From Polyangiaceae bacterium (GTDB lineage: Bacteria; Myxococcota_A; Polyangia; Polyangiales; Polyangiaceae), in assembly GCA_965222375.1 (NCBI GenBank), contig CBDCTZ010000005.1:574821-638820 (forward strand): 64,000 bases of DNA, read 5' to 3'. Position 1 is the stretch's first letter, and each line of letters starts with the position of its first letter. Below the pieces are notes generated by a model, which made no database searches, was not told the origin of the DNA, and saw only the letters and a list, made by a program, of their open reading frames with translations. Positions 40,500 to 49,415 of the stretch are shown here, piece by piece. A program made the position numbers and the translations under genes.

Positions 40500-42221
40500 A
40501 TGAACCCGGATACCAATTCCAGCCCCGCATTGCGCGGGTCCGAACGCACTTCGACCTGCGCGGATACACTACTACGGGCTCTAGTTAGTGCGGGAGCAAC
40601 AACCGCGTTCGGGATCCCCGGCGGGGCAGCCAGTCCCGTCTTTGACGCCCTAAGCCGAGTGCGAGGGCTACGCTACGTCGCGACCCGGCACGAGGCTGGA
40701 GCCGCGTTTGCCGCGCTGGGCTACGCCCGCGCCGTGCGCAAGCCTGCACTCGTATTGACAACGTCTGGGCCGGGCGCGACCAACACACTCACCGCCGTAG
40801 CATCCGCGCACTATGAAGGACTGCCGTTGATCGTAATCAGCGGAGAAGCCCCACACCGCGCATTTGGAAGGGGTTCTCTCCAAGACGGTACATGCAACGG
40901 TTGGCGCGCCGTCGAGGTCATGCGGCCGGTGACACGCTGGGCTGGCAGCGTCGCGTCGGCTGAGACCGCCGCTTCTATCGCAGCGTCCGTCTACGCGGCA
41001 GCGACGGACCCGCGGGCGGCGGGTCCTGCATTCCTCAGTGTGCCTCTCGATGTCGGCGGAGCAATCAGCGGGAGCTCACGTCTGCACCCAGGCACGCTTT
41101 CCTACGAATGGACATTGAATCCTGCCGTGTGCGAACGAATGGCCCAAGAGTTGGTTGCGGCCACGAGGCCCCTGTTGGTTCTCGGAACCGGTGCACGCGG
41201 CGCCACCAGAGAAGTCGCGAGTCTGGCGGAGCGGCTTTCCCTGCCCGTCGTCGTCACTGGTCACGCGAAGGGCGCGTTCCCCGAGCGGCACCCCCAGTAC
41301 CTCGGTATCATCGGCATCGGCCAACATCCCAGCGTCGACGGCTACCTGGCCCAGCCGCCCGACGTCTCCGTAGTGATCGGCGCTGGCCTCGATGACCTGG
41401 CGACCAACGGCTGGTCGTTGCCGCTAATAGGCACCCACGCCAGTTTTCAGATCGATCGCGATCCGCAAGCCCTGGGTCGCAGCATGGCCTTCTCCGATCT
41501 GGTCGTGGGCGACGCAGCAGAAGTCGTGAGCCAGGTCATGAGTTTTCTGCCAAACGACGTGGCCCGCCCTCGCCGGCGTGCACCACGCATGTTCAAGACT
41601 CGCGCGGAAACCCAGAGCTCGAACGCCGTTCCCTTGAAGCCAGCCCGTGCCCTGTCTGCCCTGGCCGAGGCATTCCCGAACGCAACTTGGTGCTCCGACA
41701 TCGGCGAACACCTCGCGTATGCTCTGCACTACGTCGAGGTTGGCGGCCCGGACGAATTCCACAATTTTCTCGGATTCGGGTCCATGGGCAGTGGAATCGG
41801 CGCTGCAATTGGACTCCAACTCGCGTGGCCGGAGCGCCAAGTGGTCTGTGTATGTGGGGACGGTGGCCTCTCCATGATGCTCGGCGAGCTTCTTACCTGC
41901 GTCGAGCAACGGCTAGGCGTGGTGTTTGCCGTGATGAATGATGGGGTGTGGAATATGGTCGAGCACGGCTTCAGGACGGTCTACGGGAAGACGCCCGCCG
42001 GTTTCGTGCATTCCTTGGCGGACTTTCACGCCGTCGCCAATGCAGTGGGTGCCATCGGCGTGCCCGTGTCGAATCCTGACGACCTGAACCCGGAGAGGTT
42101 ACGTTCGCTGACACGAGCGCGGTTACCGATCGTGTTGGACATTCGAATTGACGCGACCGAGGCGCTGAGCCCAGGCACACGCGCAGCGAGCATCAGTCAC
42201 TTCTGCGCGGAGGCCTCGTGA
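40500..42221 (+). CDS. Thiamine-diphosphate-dependent enzyme (acetolactate synthase-like)
   Basis: FGIPGG, TRHEAGAAF, TSGPGATN, GSMGSGIG, GDGG...ND ThDP-binding motif. Confidence 0.9.
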   Translation: MNPDTNSSPALRGSERTSTCADTLLRALVSAGATTAFGIPGGAASPVFDALSRVRGLRYVATRHEAGAAFAALGYARAVRKPALVLTTSGPGATNTLTAVASAHYEGLPLIVISGEAPHRAFGRGSLQDGTCNGWRAVEVMRPVTRWAGSVASAETAASIAASVYAAATDPRAAGPAFLSVPLDVGGAISGSSRLHPGTLSYEWTLNPAVCERMAQELVAATRPLLVLGTGARGATREVASLAERLSLPVVVTGHAKGAFPERHPQYLGIIGIGQHPSVDGYLAQPPDVSVVIGAGLDDLATNGWSLPLIGTHASFQIDRDPQALGRSMAFSDLVVGDAAEVVSQVMSFLPNDVARPRRRAPRMFKTRAETQSSNAVPLKPARALSALAEAFPNATWCSDIGEHLAYALHYVEVGGPDEFHNFLGFGSMGSGIGAAIGLQLAWPERQVVCVCGDGGLSMMLGELLTCVEQRLGVVFAVMNDGVWNMVEHGFRTVYGKTPAGFVHSLADFHAVANAVGAIGVPVSNPDDLNPERLRSLTRARLPIVLDIRIDATEALSPGTRAASISHFCAEAS

Positions 42222-43165
42222 CCTCGCCGGACGAGCAGCGCGAAAAGCACGTGCTCGAGAATGTCAGACTGGCTGCGGGCGACGGCGCTTCTCCGGGCGC
42301 ACTGCTGGCTGTTGCCCTAGCCTCCGCAAACGTGAGTACGCTCGACGACGGCATTGAGCTATTGATCCGTCTCCGTTCAGAACTTGGCAGAATCGAACAC
42401 GAGACACCGCGCCCCCACGGGCAACTCGCCCAGCTGGAGCCAGAGCTGCGATTCGACCCAGATGTCGCAGCCATGCGCCTCGAACAAGAGGATCACGAAC
42501 TCCGGGGCCGCCTCCTGTTCGCCAATCTCGCTGGAAACAAGTCCTTCTTGCAGACGGCGGCACTAGCCATCGCGGGAGTGGAACTCGGCGCGACGGATGC
42601 AAGGCTGCTGGACGAAATTGGCGTCGTGACGCAGCTAGCGGATCCGCGCATATGGCCGCTCACGGTTACCCGCCGCATCTCCACCGATGGTGGCAGTCTC
42701 GCCGACGCCGTCATCGGAGGCTTCGCGAGCCTCTGCACACCGCTAATGACCGGTCCGCCCGTCGCTGGCTTCATGAACCTGCTGGAGCGCGTCGAAACCC
42801 GTCTAGAAGTCGGAGAGTCACTTGCCAACGTTGTAGCTGCGCTGCTCAAATCAGGCGAACGGCTATCGGGTGTCGGGCGCCCGGTGTTGCGCGGTGATGA
42901 GCGAGTTGAGCCCATGCTCGAAGCGGCTGCCCGCGCGTCGCGCGACAACGGGACCAACCTGCGCCTTGCGCTAGATATGGACGCCGAGCTCAGCAGCCAA
43001 AAGGGCCTCAGCGTTAACTCTGCCGGAATACAAGGCGCGATACTGCGCGACCTCGGCTTCGCGCCCCACGCAGCAGCAGCATTCAGCATGCTCTACTTCA
43101 TTGTGCCCCTCCTCACGCACGCCGCATATCCAATCGAAGTGGCAGCGCGAGAGACTGTCTGTTGA
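42218..43165 (+). CDS. Citrate synthase / citryl-CoA lyase-like protein, divergent
   Basis: GTGA overlap with the ThDP gene; ELRG..L, DPRIWP, GVGRP...DERV, N.AG...A.L.DLGF. The usual catalytic His motifs are not seen. Confidence 0.55.
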   Translation: MTSPDEQREKHVLENVRLAAGDGASPGALLAVALASANVSTLDDGIELLIRLRSELGRIEHETPRPHGQLAQLEPELRFDPDVAAMRLEQEDHELRGRLLFANLAGNKSFLQTAALAIAGVELGATDARLLDEIGVVTQLADPRIWPLTVTRRISTDGGSLADAVIGGFASLCTPLMTGPPVAGFMNLLERVETRLEVGESLANVVAALLKSGERLSGVGRPVLRGDERVEPMLEAAARASRDNGTNLRLALDMDAELSSQKGLSVNSAGIQGAILRDLGFAPHAAAAFSMLYFIVPLLTHAAYPIEVAARETVC

Positions 43166-43197
43166 AAACTGCTCTCCAGTCGTAGTTCTCGGCGCAC

Positions 43198-43660
43198 GCT
43201 CATCGGATATGGTTTTCTGCGGGGCTACGGCGAGCGCAGCTCTGAGGTCGTGGTGCGCGGCAGGCGCTTTTTCTGCTCGGATCGCGGTAGGCAGTCCGGT
43301 TGTGGCCGGACGTTGTCGGTGAAGCTGTCGACGGTGCTCACTGGCTTCGTCGTGCGTACGCTCACGTTGTGGTGCTTCTTGCAGGCCGTCCTGTCTGGGC
43401 TCACGCGGCGGGCAGCGTGGCTCAGCGCGGCGGGTGGTGCGCTGTCGCTTTCGAGCGGCTACCGTCTCTGGCGACGCCTGTGCGGGGCGCAGAGCGCGCT
43501 GCGGTCGCGACTGAGCCGCGAGGCGCCTGCGCCGCCGAGCACCGCGCGTGCACCGCTGGCGCAGCTATGGGCGCATCTGCGCATCGTTGTCGGCACCGGT
43601 GAGACAGAACTCCTCTCAGCCTTCCAAAGCGGCCTGCAGTGCGGGGTTTTCGAAGGGTGA
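43198..43660 (+). pseudogene. 5'-degraded transposon accessory gene (DUF6431-like)
   Basis: TLIGYGFLRGY...RGRRFFCSDRG...GCGRT.S; no credible start, upstream frame closed. Confidence 0.45.
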
Positions 43661-43822
43661 TCAGAGCGTTGCTCGCACTGCCCGTGTCCGGATTCATCTC
43701 GTAGGACGGCGGGTGGCATCGACTCACAAGCGGGCAACAACACCAAACGACAATCCAGGTCCGAGCCCGCCTCGCTCTACAGGTCCAAGGCGGGCGCAGC
43801 GAGCGCCCAGAAAGGACCCAAC

Positions 43823-45081
43823 ATGTGCACGAGTCAGCAGCTATCTGAAGATGCGCGTGCTCGGCGCCATCGAGTCGGCGCCGGGCAACACCAACGTGGC
43901 GCGCATCCGCCACGTCAGCGAGCAAGTGTTCTTGGACGAAGACGGCCAGCGCTTCCAATTCACCTGGCGCACCATCCAGACCTGGTATTCGCGCTACAAG
44001 AAGGACAGACATCACGACCATGAAGCCCAAGCCTCGGTCGGATAAGGGCAAGACCCGCAAGATGACGCCCGAGGAGGTGCTCGAAGCCATCGAGCAGGTA
44101 CGCGGTAGCTTCCGTGGCCCGCCTAAAGTGACAGCGGTCTACCGCGCTTGTATCGAGCAGGGGCTGCTGCAGCGTGAGCTCATCGCCCCGAATACTTTCC
44201 GCCGCGTCGTCAACGCCCACGAGTTGCTCAAGCCCGACGCCGAGGTGACAGACAAGCGCCGCCTGGCTTTCGCCAAGGCTCATGCCAACGAGCTTTGGCA
44301 GGCGGACACCATGGTCGGCCCCTACGTGCAGCATGGCGCCGGCAAGGTGCAGGCAAAGCTCATCGCCTTCATCGACGACGCCAGCCGCGTCTGCTGCCAC
44401 GGACAATTCTATCCCGCCGACAACACCGAGCTGCTGCTCGAGGCCTTCAAGAGCGCGCTCTACAAGCGCGGGCTGTGCGAATGTCTCTACGTCGACAACG
44501 GCAGCAACTACTCCTCCCTGGAGATGAGCCAGGTTTGCGAGCGTATTGGCGCCATCCTGTGTCACACGCCGGTGCGCGATGGCGCCGCCAAGGGCAAGAT
44601 CGAAAGATTCTTTCGCACCGTACGCGAGGGCTTTCTGACCAGAAACCTCGACCTGTCGAGTCTCGATATCCTCAACCGCGCCTTCACCGCCTGGGTCGAA
44701 GACGAATACCACCAGCGACAGCACAGCTCGCTGGGCATGAAGCCCATCGATCGCTTCGGGCTCGATCTCAGCCGCATTCGCTTCCTGCCCCCAGGCGATG
44801 TCAGCGGTGAGCTGTTCTTCGTCGAGCACAGCCGCAAGGTGCTGGCGGACAACACTTTCTCGTTGAAGAACACCCGCTTCGAAGCGCCACGTGACGTGCG
44901 CAATCGTAAGATCCAAGTCCGCTTCGATCGCTTGAAATTCGACCGAGCGATCGTGTACTTCAAAGGTGAGCGGATGGGCGAGGCACGTCCCGTCGACTTC
45001 ATCGCCAATGACCGCAAGCCATCGAACAAATCCCTCACGAACCTACCGGGACCCGAGCAAACCGGTGAGGTGCAGTCGTGA
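43823..45081 (+). pseudogene. Mu-like/rve DDE transposase with 5' frameshift(s)
   Basis: Core 44020-45081: LWQADT, FIDDASR, YVDNGS, KGKIERFF. The N-terminal HTH (YLKMRVLGAIE...WRTIQTWYSRYKK) is in another frame, with the shift near 44006. ATG 43823 after AAAGGA is also one base out of frame. Confidence 0.75.
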
Positions 45082-45875
45082 TCCGCGCTCACTTCGGTCT
45101 GGCGAAAGACCCGTTTTCAGCGCAGAAGCTGGACCTGCTGCCCCACCAGCAGGAGGTGCTCGACACCCTGCGCGTCCACTGCCAACAGGGCGGCCTGTGC
45201 GTCATCCTTGGCGAGCCTGGCACCGGCAAGAGCGTCGTCAAACACGCCCTGTGCCAGCACGATCCCAAGCGCCTCATGACCCCAGTCGTCAATCGGACGC
45301 TGCACACCTACCACAGCACCCTGCGCATCCTGTGCGAAGCGTTTCAGATCGAGCCCGACGGTGCCGACTTCCGCTGCGAAAAGCGGCTCATCGAGGAGGC
45401 GCGCCGACTCAACACCGCTGGCAAGATGCTCGCCCCCATCATCGACGACGCGCACTTGATGGAGGTTTGCGCGTTGCGTCGGCTCCGTCTGCTCTTCGAG
45501 GACTTCCCCAAGAACCACTGCCTGGTCCTGGTCGCTCAACCCGAGCTCATCAGCCGCCTGGCCCTCACGGTCAACGAAGATCTCAAGAACCGAGTCACCT
45601 ACTCCGTCTTGATGCAGAAACTCGCCCCCGACAGCGTGGCCGAATTCATCCGCGCCGAGCTCGACAAGTTCGCTCTCGCCCACTCGACCTTCACCGACGA
45701 CGCACTCAGCCTCATCGTCCGCTCGTCCGAAGGCGTCCTGCGCCGCGCACGCAATCTGTGCCTGAGCGCGCTGCTGGAGGCCGTCCGCGACCGCACCAAG
45801 ACCGTCGACCTCAAGCAGATCAACCGCGTCCTCATGCAACCCCACTGGCGCAAGGAGCTCGACCTGCCGCAATAA
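45078..45875 (+). CDS. ExeA/GspA-like AAA ATPase (transposition helper)
   Basis: HFGL..DPF, GEPGTGKS Walker A, IIDDAH Walker B; GTGA overlap with the transposase. Confidence 0.85.
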   Translation: MIRAHFGLAKDPFSAQKLDLLPHQQEVLDTLRVHCQQGGLCVILGEPGTGKSVVKHALCQHDPKRLMTPVVNRTLHTYHSTLRILCEAFQIEPDGADFRCEKRLIEEARRLNTAGKMLAPIIDDAHLMEVCALRRLRLLFEDFPKNHCLVLVAQPELISRLALTVNEDLKNRVTYSVLMQKLAPDSVAEFIRAELDKFALAHSTFTDDALSLIVRSSEGVLRRARNLCLSALLEAVRDRTKTVDLKQINRVLMQPHWRKELDLPQ

Positions 45876-46056
45876 CGGGTCACGATCCGGCCAACGCCGT
45901 CGTAATGCCGCCCGGCTCTACGACGGCGGCGGTCGGGTCACTCGCCCAGGGATGCGACGCTTTTGGTCGCGAATTACGACGACAGCGTGGACTTTCGCTG
46001 GAATCTCTACGACCTCAGTTTTGGATTCTCGTGCAACGTCAATTTGGTCAGCAACA

Positions 46057-46258
46057 GTTGACGCAGCCGGTCTTCTTTGATGCCGCCATTGCGCAGAAGC
46101 TGCACCCATGCTCGGATTTCATCCGGACCCAGTTTCGACGGGCAACGGTCGTAGTACTCGGACAGATTTCGGATCGAGTTGATGTACTGGCGTTTGGTTG
46201 ATTCCGCCCGCCTCGCAAACTCGAGATCCTGTATCATCCGCTGACGCAATTTGCTCAT
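46057..46258 (-). pseudogene. Truncated tyrosine recombinase (N-terminal SAM-like domain only)
   Basis: AAGGAGG RBS then MSKLRQRMIQDL...AEST...Y...IRNL..YY...P..LG..EIR.W; similarity stops at the putative transposon end. Confidence 0.7.
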
Positions 46259-46531
46259 GGCAACCTCCTTCGTTGACGGTGCTACGAACACCGTGACCAA
46301 GGAGGTTGCCGCTTCCATGGCACGACGCCGACTCGCGCCAGTCGAGCTCCCACAACTACGCCATCAGACTCGAAACTCCCCAGTCCAGCACGACCCCCGC
46401 CGCGCAGCGGCTTCGTTCAACACGTTTTCCATCCATGCCAGACGTGCGTTTTGTCCGGAAATTCAAAGAAGTGATCAACGCGTAGGTGTCCCACGGCGAT
46501 ACAGAGCTTGTCCCACCCTTGGCGCCGAAGC

Positions 46532-46933
46532 TTACCCTCGGGCGGGGGTGCCTGGGGCGGGCGGGCTTTGGCCGGAGTGCTCCAGGTCGGACCACTCGCC
46601 ATACTCGTCCCTTTCCCAGCCCATGTACGCCCACTCTCCGTCTTGCAGGGTTCCACTGAGTCGCCATGTTTGGAAGTCACCGGCACTGCTGGCTATCCGA
46701 CGCCCGTCAGCGAACCAGAAGACAAGCGCGTTCAGTTGGTCCAGTTCACCTGCCATGTGAACTCGTACTAGAATAGACAGCTTCAGCACAGTCCCAACAT
46801 GCCCCGTCAAGGAGACGTATCCGTCATCGCCGACGGCGTGAAGGGTGCCCACTATTCGGTTGAGGGTACAGCCGAGTTGCTTCTCCAGGTCGCGCACCCA
46901 CGTGTCGCTCGTAAGATACTGCGTGGCGGCCAT
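46532..46933 (-). CDS. Putative immunity protein for the Hint-containing Rhs tip
   Basis: TAATG overlap with the toxin stop; small, Trp/acidic-rich; call rests on position. Confidence 0.7.
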   Translation of the reverse strand: MAATQYLTSDTWVRDLEKQLGCTLNRIVGTLHAVGDDGYVSLTGHVGTVLKLSILVRVHMAGELDQLNALVFWFADGRRIASSAGDFQTWRLSGTLQDGEWAYMGWERDEYGEWSDLEHSGQSPPAPGTPARG

Positions 46934-48342
46934 TACCTCACCTTGGTGAACTTGCCTTGGTTGGGTTCTGCTGGCGCCGCCTTTCCCGTGCCCCGTTCGA
47001 TCGGCTGCCCCCTGTGGTTCTTTGTTGCATTCTTTCCGTACGCGGTAATGACACGAGTGGGATCGCCCTGCTCCGTGATGACGGTGGTTCCCTCTCGGTG
47101 GTAAAAATCAACGGGCCGGGAGTTGCTGTTTTTGCCCGTGTAGAGGCTGCTCTTTGGGTCATTCATGATTGACGCCATGTCTTCCCTGCTAACTCCATGT
47201 GCGTCGGGGTGGCCAGGGCGACCACCTTCGAAGGGCCTTGCCCCTTTAATGTCCTTGGCTGAAATGCCCTTGCAGTTCTGATTGTGCACCCAGACCGCAA
47301 GCGTGCCAACCGCGTACGTGTGGTCTTCATCGACCTCCAAATTGTAGACCCGGCGCCGGTCGCTGCGCAGCCGCACCTTCACAACGGTGAGCCAGCCCCG
47401 GTTCAGGCTCCAAACCTGGTTTCCCACTCGCAAATCGCCCGCCTCGACCCAGCCAACGCCTCGTTTCCAGAATGGGTGGTTGGGCGTCACACCCAGATCA
47501 TTGACCCGCCCGCCCTCAGCCTGGAACCGGATGTCCAGGGTCGCGCTTGGAGGCTTCTGAAACGTTGTCTTGACGGGCTGCCATCGATTGTCACCTTGTC
47601 CGTCGTCGCTCTTGCTCAGGACCAGATCTCCGACCTGCACTTCTTCGATCGGAACAAGTCCCCGCGCGGTCACCACGGGCGTGCCAGCTACAAAGCAGAC
47701 CCCGCCAGGTCCGCCCAAGGCGTCGAGATTCCGCGTCAGCACCTCGTCTAGTTGTTTGGACAGGCTAGGCGGACGCTTCGCGAGTCGCTTGCTCACGCCA
47801 CGAACCACAGCTTTCGCCAGGCCAGCACCGCCGACTCCGGCCGCAGCAACATCGAGGACAGTTCCTGCCCCTTGACCCGCGCGGTACCCACCACGTCCGG
47901 CAGCATCAGTCGGCCCGGGTAGCTTTACCTTGTGCGCCACTCGTTCAAGCGAGCGCGCTGCAGACCCATACTGCTTCCGAAGCTCCGGGTTCTTCATCTC
48001 CACGGGGTCCACCGGAGCCGCAGCGAACGAAACCACCTCCTTCACCGATTCAACCAGAGAGTTGAACAGACCTGTTACGCCGCCGCTGTAAGCACGTCGC
48101 TCAAGATCGTTTCGCTTGGTGAACTCAAATTCCGGCGCGAGCCCCACAGGATCTGTTGCTTTCAGTGTCTGACCACTGACGTACGCATACACGTTCAGGT
48201 CTGCCCCAAGCCCGTGGATCGTGAGCGGATCAGGTGAAATCCACCTGTTCAGATGGGTCGAGAGGAATCGTTTGCCAAAGAAAGTGGTCTCTGACGCAAA
48301 CGTCGTACGCGCGGCACCGATTTTCCGGGCGCGTATCGCTAC
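46933..48342 (-). CDS. Orphan Rhs C-terminal module: core end + pre-toxin Hint domain + toxin tip (no native start)
   Basis: FFGKRFLSTHLNRWISPDPL...NVYAYV.G..LKATDPVGL (Rhs core end); Hint CFVAGT...VYNLEV...HTY.V.....VHN; about 110-aa tip ending RVITAYG. Frame is closed upstream by TAA 48343-48345. Confidence 0.88.
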   Translation of the reverse strand, partial: VAIRARKIGAARTTFASETTFFGKRFLSTHLNRWISPDPLTIHGLGADLNVYAYVSGQTLKATDPVGLAPEFEFTKRNDLERRAYSGGVTGLFNSLVESVKEVVSFAAAPVDPVEMKNPELRKQYGSAARSLERVAHKVKLPGPTDAAGRGGYRAGQGAGTVLDVAAAGVGGAGLAKAVVRGVSKRLAKRPPSLSKQLDEVLTRNLDALGGPGGVCFVAGTPVVTARGLVPIEEVQVGDLVLSKSDDGQGDNRWQPVKTTFQKPPSATLDIRFQAEGGRVNDLGVTPNHPFWKRGVGWVEAGDLRVGNQVWSLNRGWLTVVKVRLRSDRRRVYNLEVDEDHTYAVGTLAVWVHNQNCKGISAKDIKGARPFEGGRPGHPDAHGVSREDMASIMNDPKSSLYTGKNSNSRPVDFYHREGTTVITEQGDPTRVITAYGKNATKNHRGQPIERGTGKAAPAEPNQGKFTKVR

Positions 48343-48488
48343 TTAGAATCTCAACGACCTGATGCGAGGTCCCGCTCTGCGGCGAAAACCCCGGACGCGT
48401 GTTTGAGCCTACACGCGCTTTTTCGTCGACGCGAGACTGCATGCGCACATGCGTTTCGAGGCGTGATTTCAGCGGCTAAGGAGGGGGG
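48293..48488. repeat. Conserved non-coding block NC1 (copy A), upstream of the Rhs tip
   Basis: Near-identical to 56560-56759; hairpins TACGCGC/GCGCGTA, GACCT/AGGTC, CGCGTGT-N8-ACACGCG, GCATG/CATGC. Confidence 0.9.
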
Positions 48489-48491
48489 AAT

Positions 48492-48785
48492 CTAGAGCTT
48501 CGGTCCGTGCTTCCGACGCCCGCCCCAGACGGCCATGAAGATGACCTCGTCGTTGCGGACCACGTAGTAGAGCTTGCGTTGTGTGCGCGGCAGAATCACG
48601 TAGCGCACGCCTGGACGAGCAGCATCTTGGTAAACCTTGCCGAGCAGAGGGTGGTTCACGGCGTGCTCGATTGCCGCAATCAGCTCTTCGAGGAAAAGCG
48701 ATGGCGCCTCCTGACGATTGCCACGCCACCACTTGTCGTGACGTTCGATTTCCAACCGCGCACGGCCGGTAAATCGGTAGTTCAC
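48492..48785 (-). CDS. RelE/ParE-family toxin
   Basis: 97 aa; Y.FT..A..EI......W........LF.EEL..AI......P.LG......GVR..........YY.......I..VW; GTGA overlap with the antitoxin. Confidence 0.8.
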   Translation of the reverse strand: MNYRFTGRARLEIERHDKWWRGNRQEAPSLFLEELIAAIEHAVNHPLLGKVYQDAARPGVRYVILPRTQRKLYYVVRNDEVIFMAVWGGRRKHGPKL

Positions 48786-49018
48786 AGTCGTGCTCGGAGC
48801 TCGGTCAGGTAGGTGGGACCGTCGACGGTGTCGCCAGCATCCAGTTGCTGGAAGCTCTCGTCGAGCATCGCGTTCAGTTCGGCACGGTCCTCGGCGCTCA
48901 TTTCCTCACTCACCGGAAACACGAGCAACTCGGCGCCTTCGTCGAGCTCGCTGGGTTCATCGAGGACGATTTGCCCGTTCTTCACATGTGCTTTGAGCGC
49001 GTTCACGAGAGTGAGCAT
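48782..49018 (-). CDS. Putative antitoxin of the RelE/ParE pair
   Basis: 78 aa, acidic, directly upstream of and coupled to the toxin; N-terminal KAHVKNGQIVLDEP beta-motif. Confidence 0.72.
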   Translation of the reverse strand: MLTLVNALKAHVKNGQIVLDEPSELDEGAELLVFPVSEEMSAEDRAELNAMLDESFQQLDAGDTVDGPTYLTELRARL

Positions 49019-49101
49019 AGCACCTAGCCGCCCGTTGTCGGGGCCGGTTGCGTCAAGGCCGCATCACGTGGGGGCGGGCGGGGTCGTGTATGACGCCACG
49101 A

Positions 49102-49390
49102 GGTCAGCGCGGCGGGGCGGGGCCGCCGCGCTGACCGGGACGTCGTCGCGAGTGCCAGCTCGCGCAGTGTGGGGCGCGCAATCGACGCACAGCAGGGAGC
49201 GCAGCCCCCCAGCGCGAGGAAACATAATTCCCTTGTTATGTTTAGCGAGCGAGGGGACCCGGCGGCGTGGGGCTTGCCCGCGAGCCGCTCTGTCGAGCTC
49301 GGCGCCCGCAAGCCCCGGGACGCCGGGCGGTGCGCATAAGGCAGCCTTATGCGCACCGCCGAGCGAGCGACTCGCGCTGGGGGGCGGAGC
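49102..49390. repeat. Conserved structured block NC2 (copy A) with dif-arm-like palindromes
   Basis: Matches 57721-58010. Contains AAACATAA-TTCCCTTG-TTATGTTT (49220-49243) and a 35-bp palindrome with GGTGCGCATAA (49326-49360). Confidence 0.92.
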
Positions 49391-49415
49391 GGTTCGCGAC
49401 GTACATTGCCGACCG

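Larger units (their letters stand above)
43160..46056 (+). mobile_element. Decayed DDE transposase + AAA ATPase transposon
   Basis: Cys-containing ORF remnant, frameshifted DDE transposase, ExeA-like ATPase. Putative right end ...CAACA 46056 with subterminal (CTC)TACGAC repeats (45916, 45975, 46005). Left end and TSD not identifiable. Confidence 0.6.

Noticed and set aside
48356..48390. Hammerhead-like CTGATG...GAAA in NC1
   Set aside because: The core reads CUGAUGC rather than CUGANGA, and I could not build stems I and III.
48230..48448. 72-aa ORF across NC1 as a conserved peptide
   Set aside because: Copy B has a 1-bp insertion (AAAATCCCCTGACG versus AAAACCCCGGACG) that breaks this frame.
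49329..49357. The host chromosomal dif site
   Set aside because: It is a C-arm/C-arm palindrome with a 7-bp centre, not C-arm/6 bp/D-arm, and it occurs once per mobile unit.
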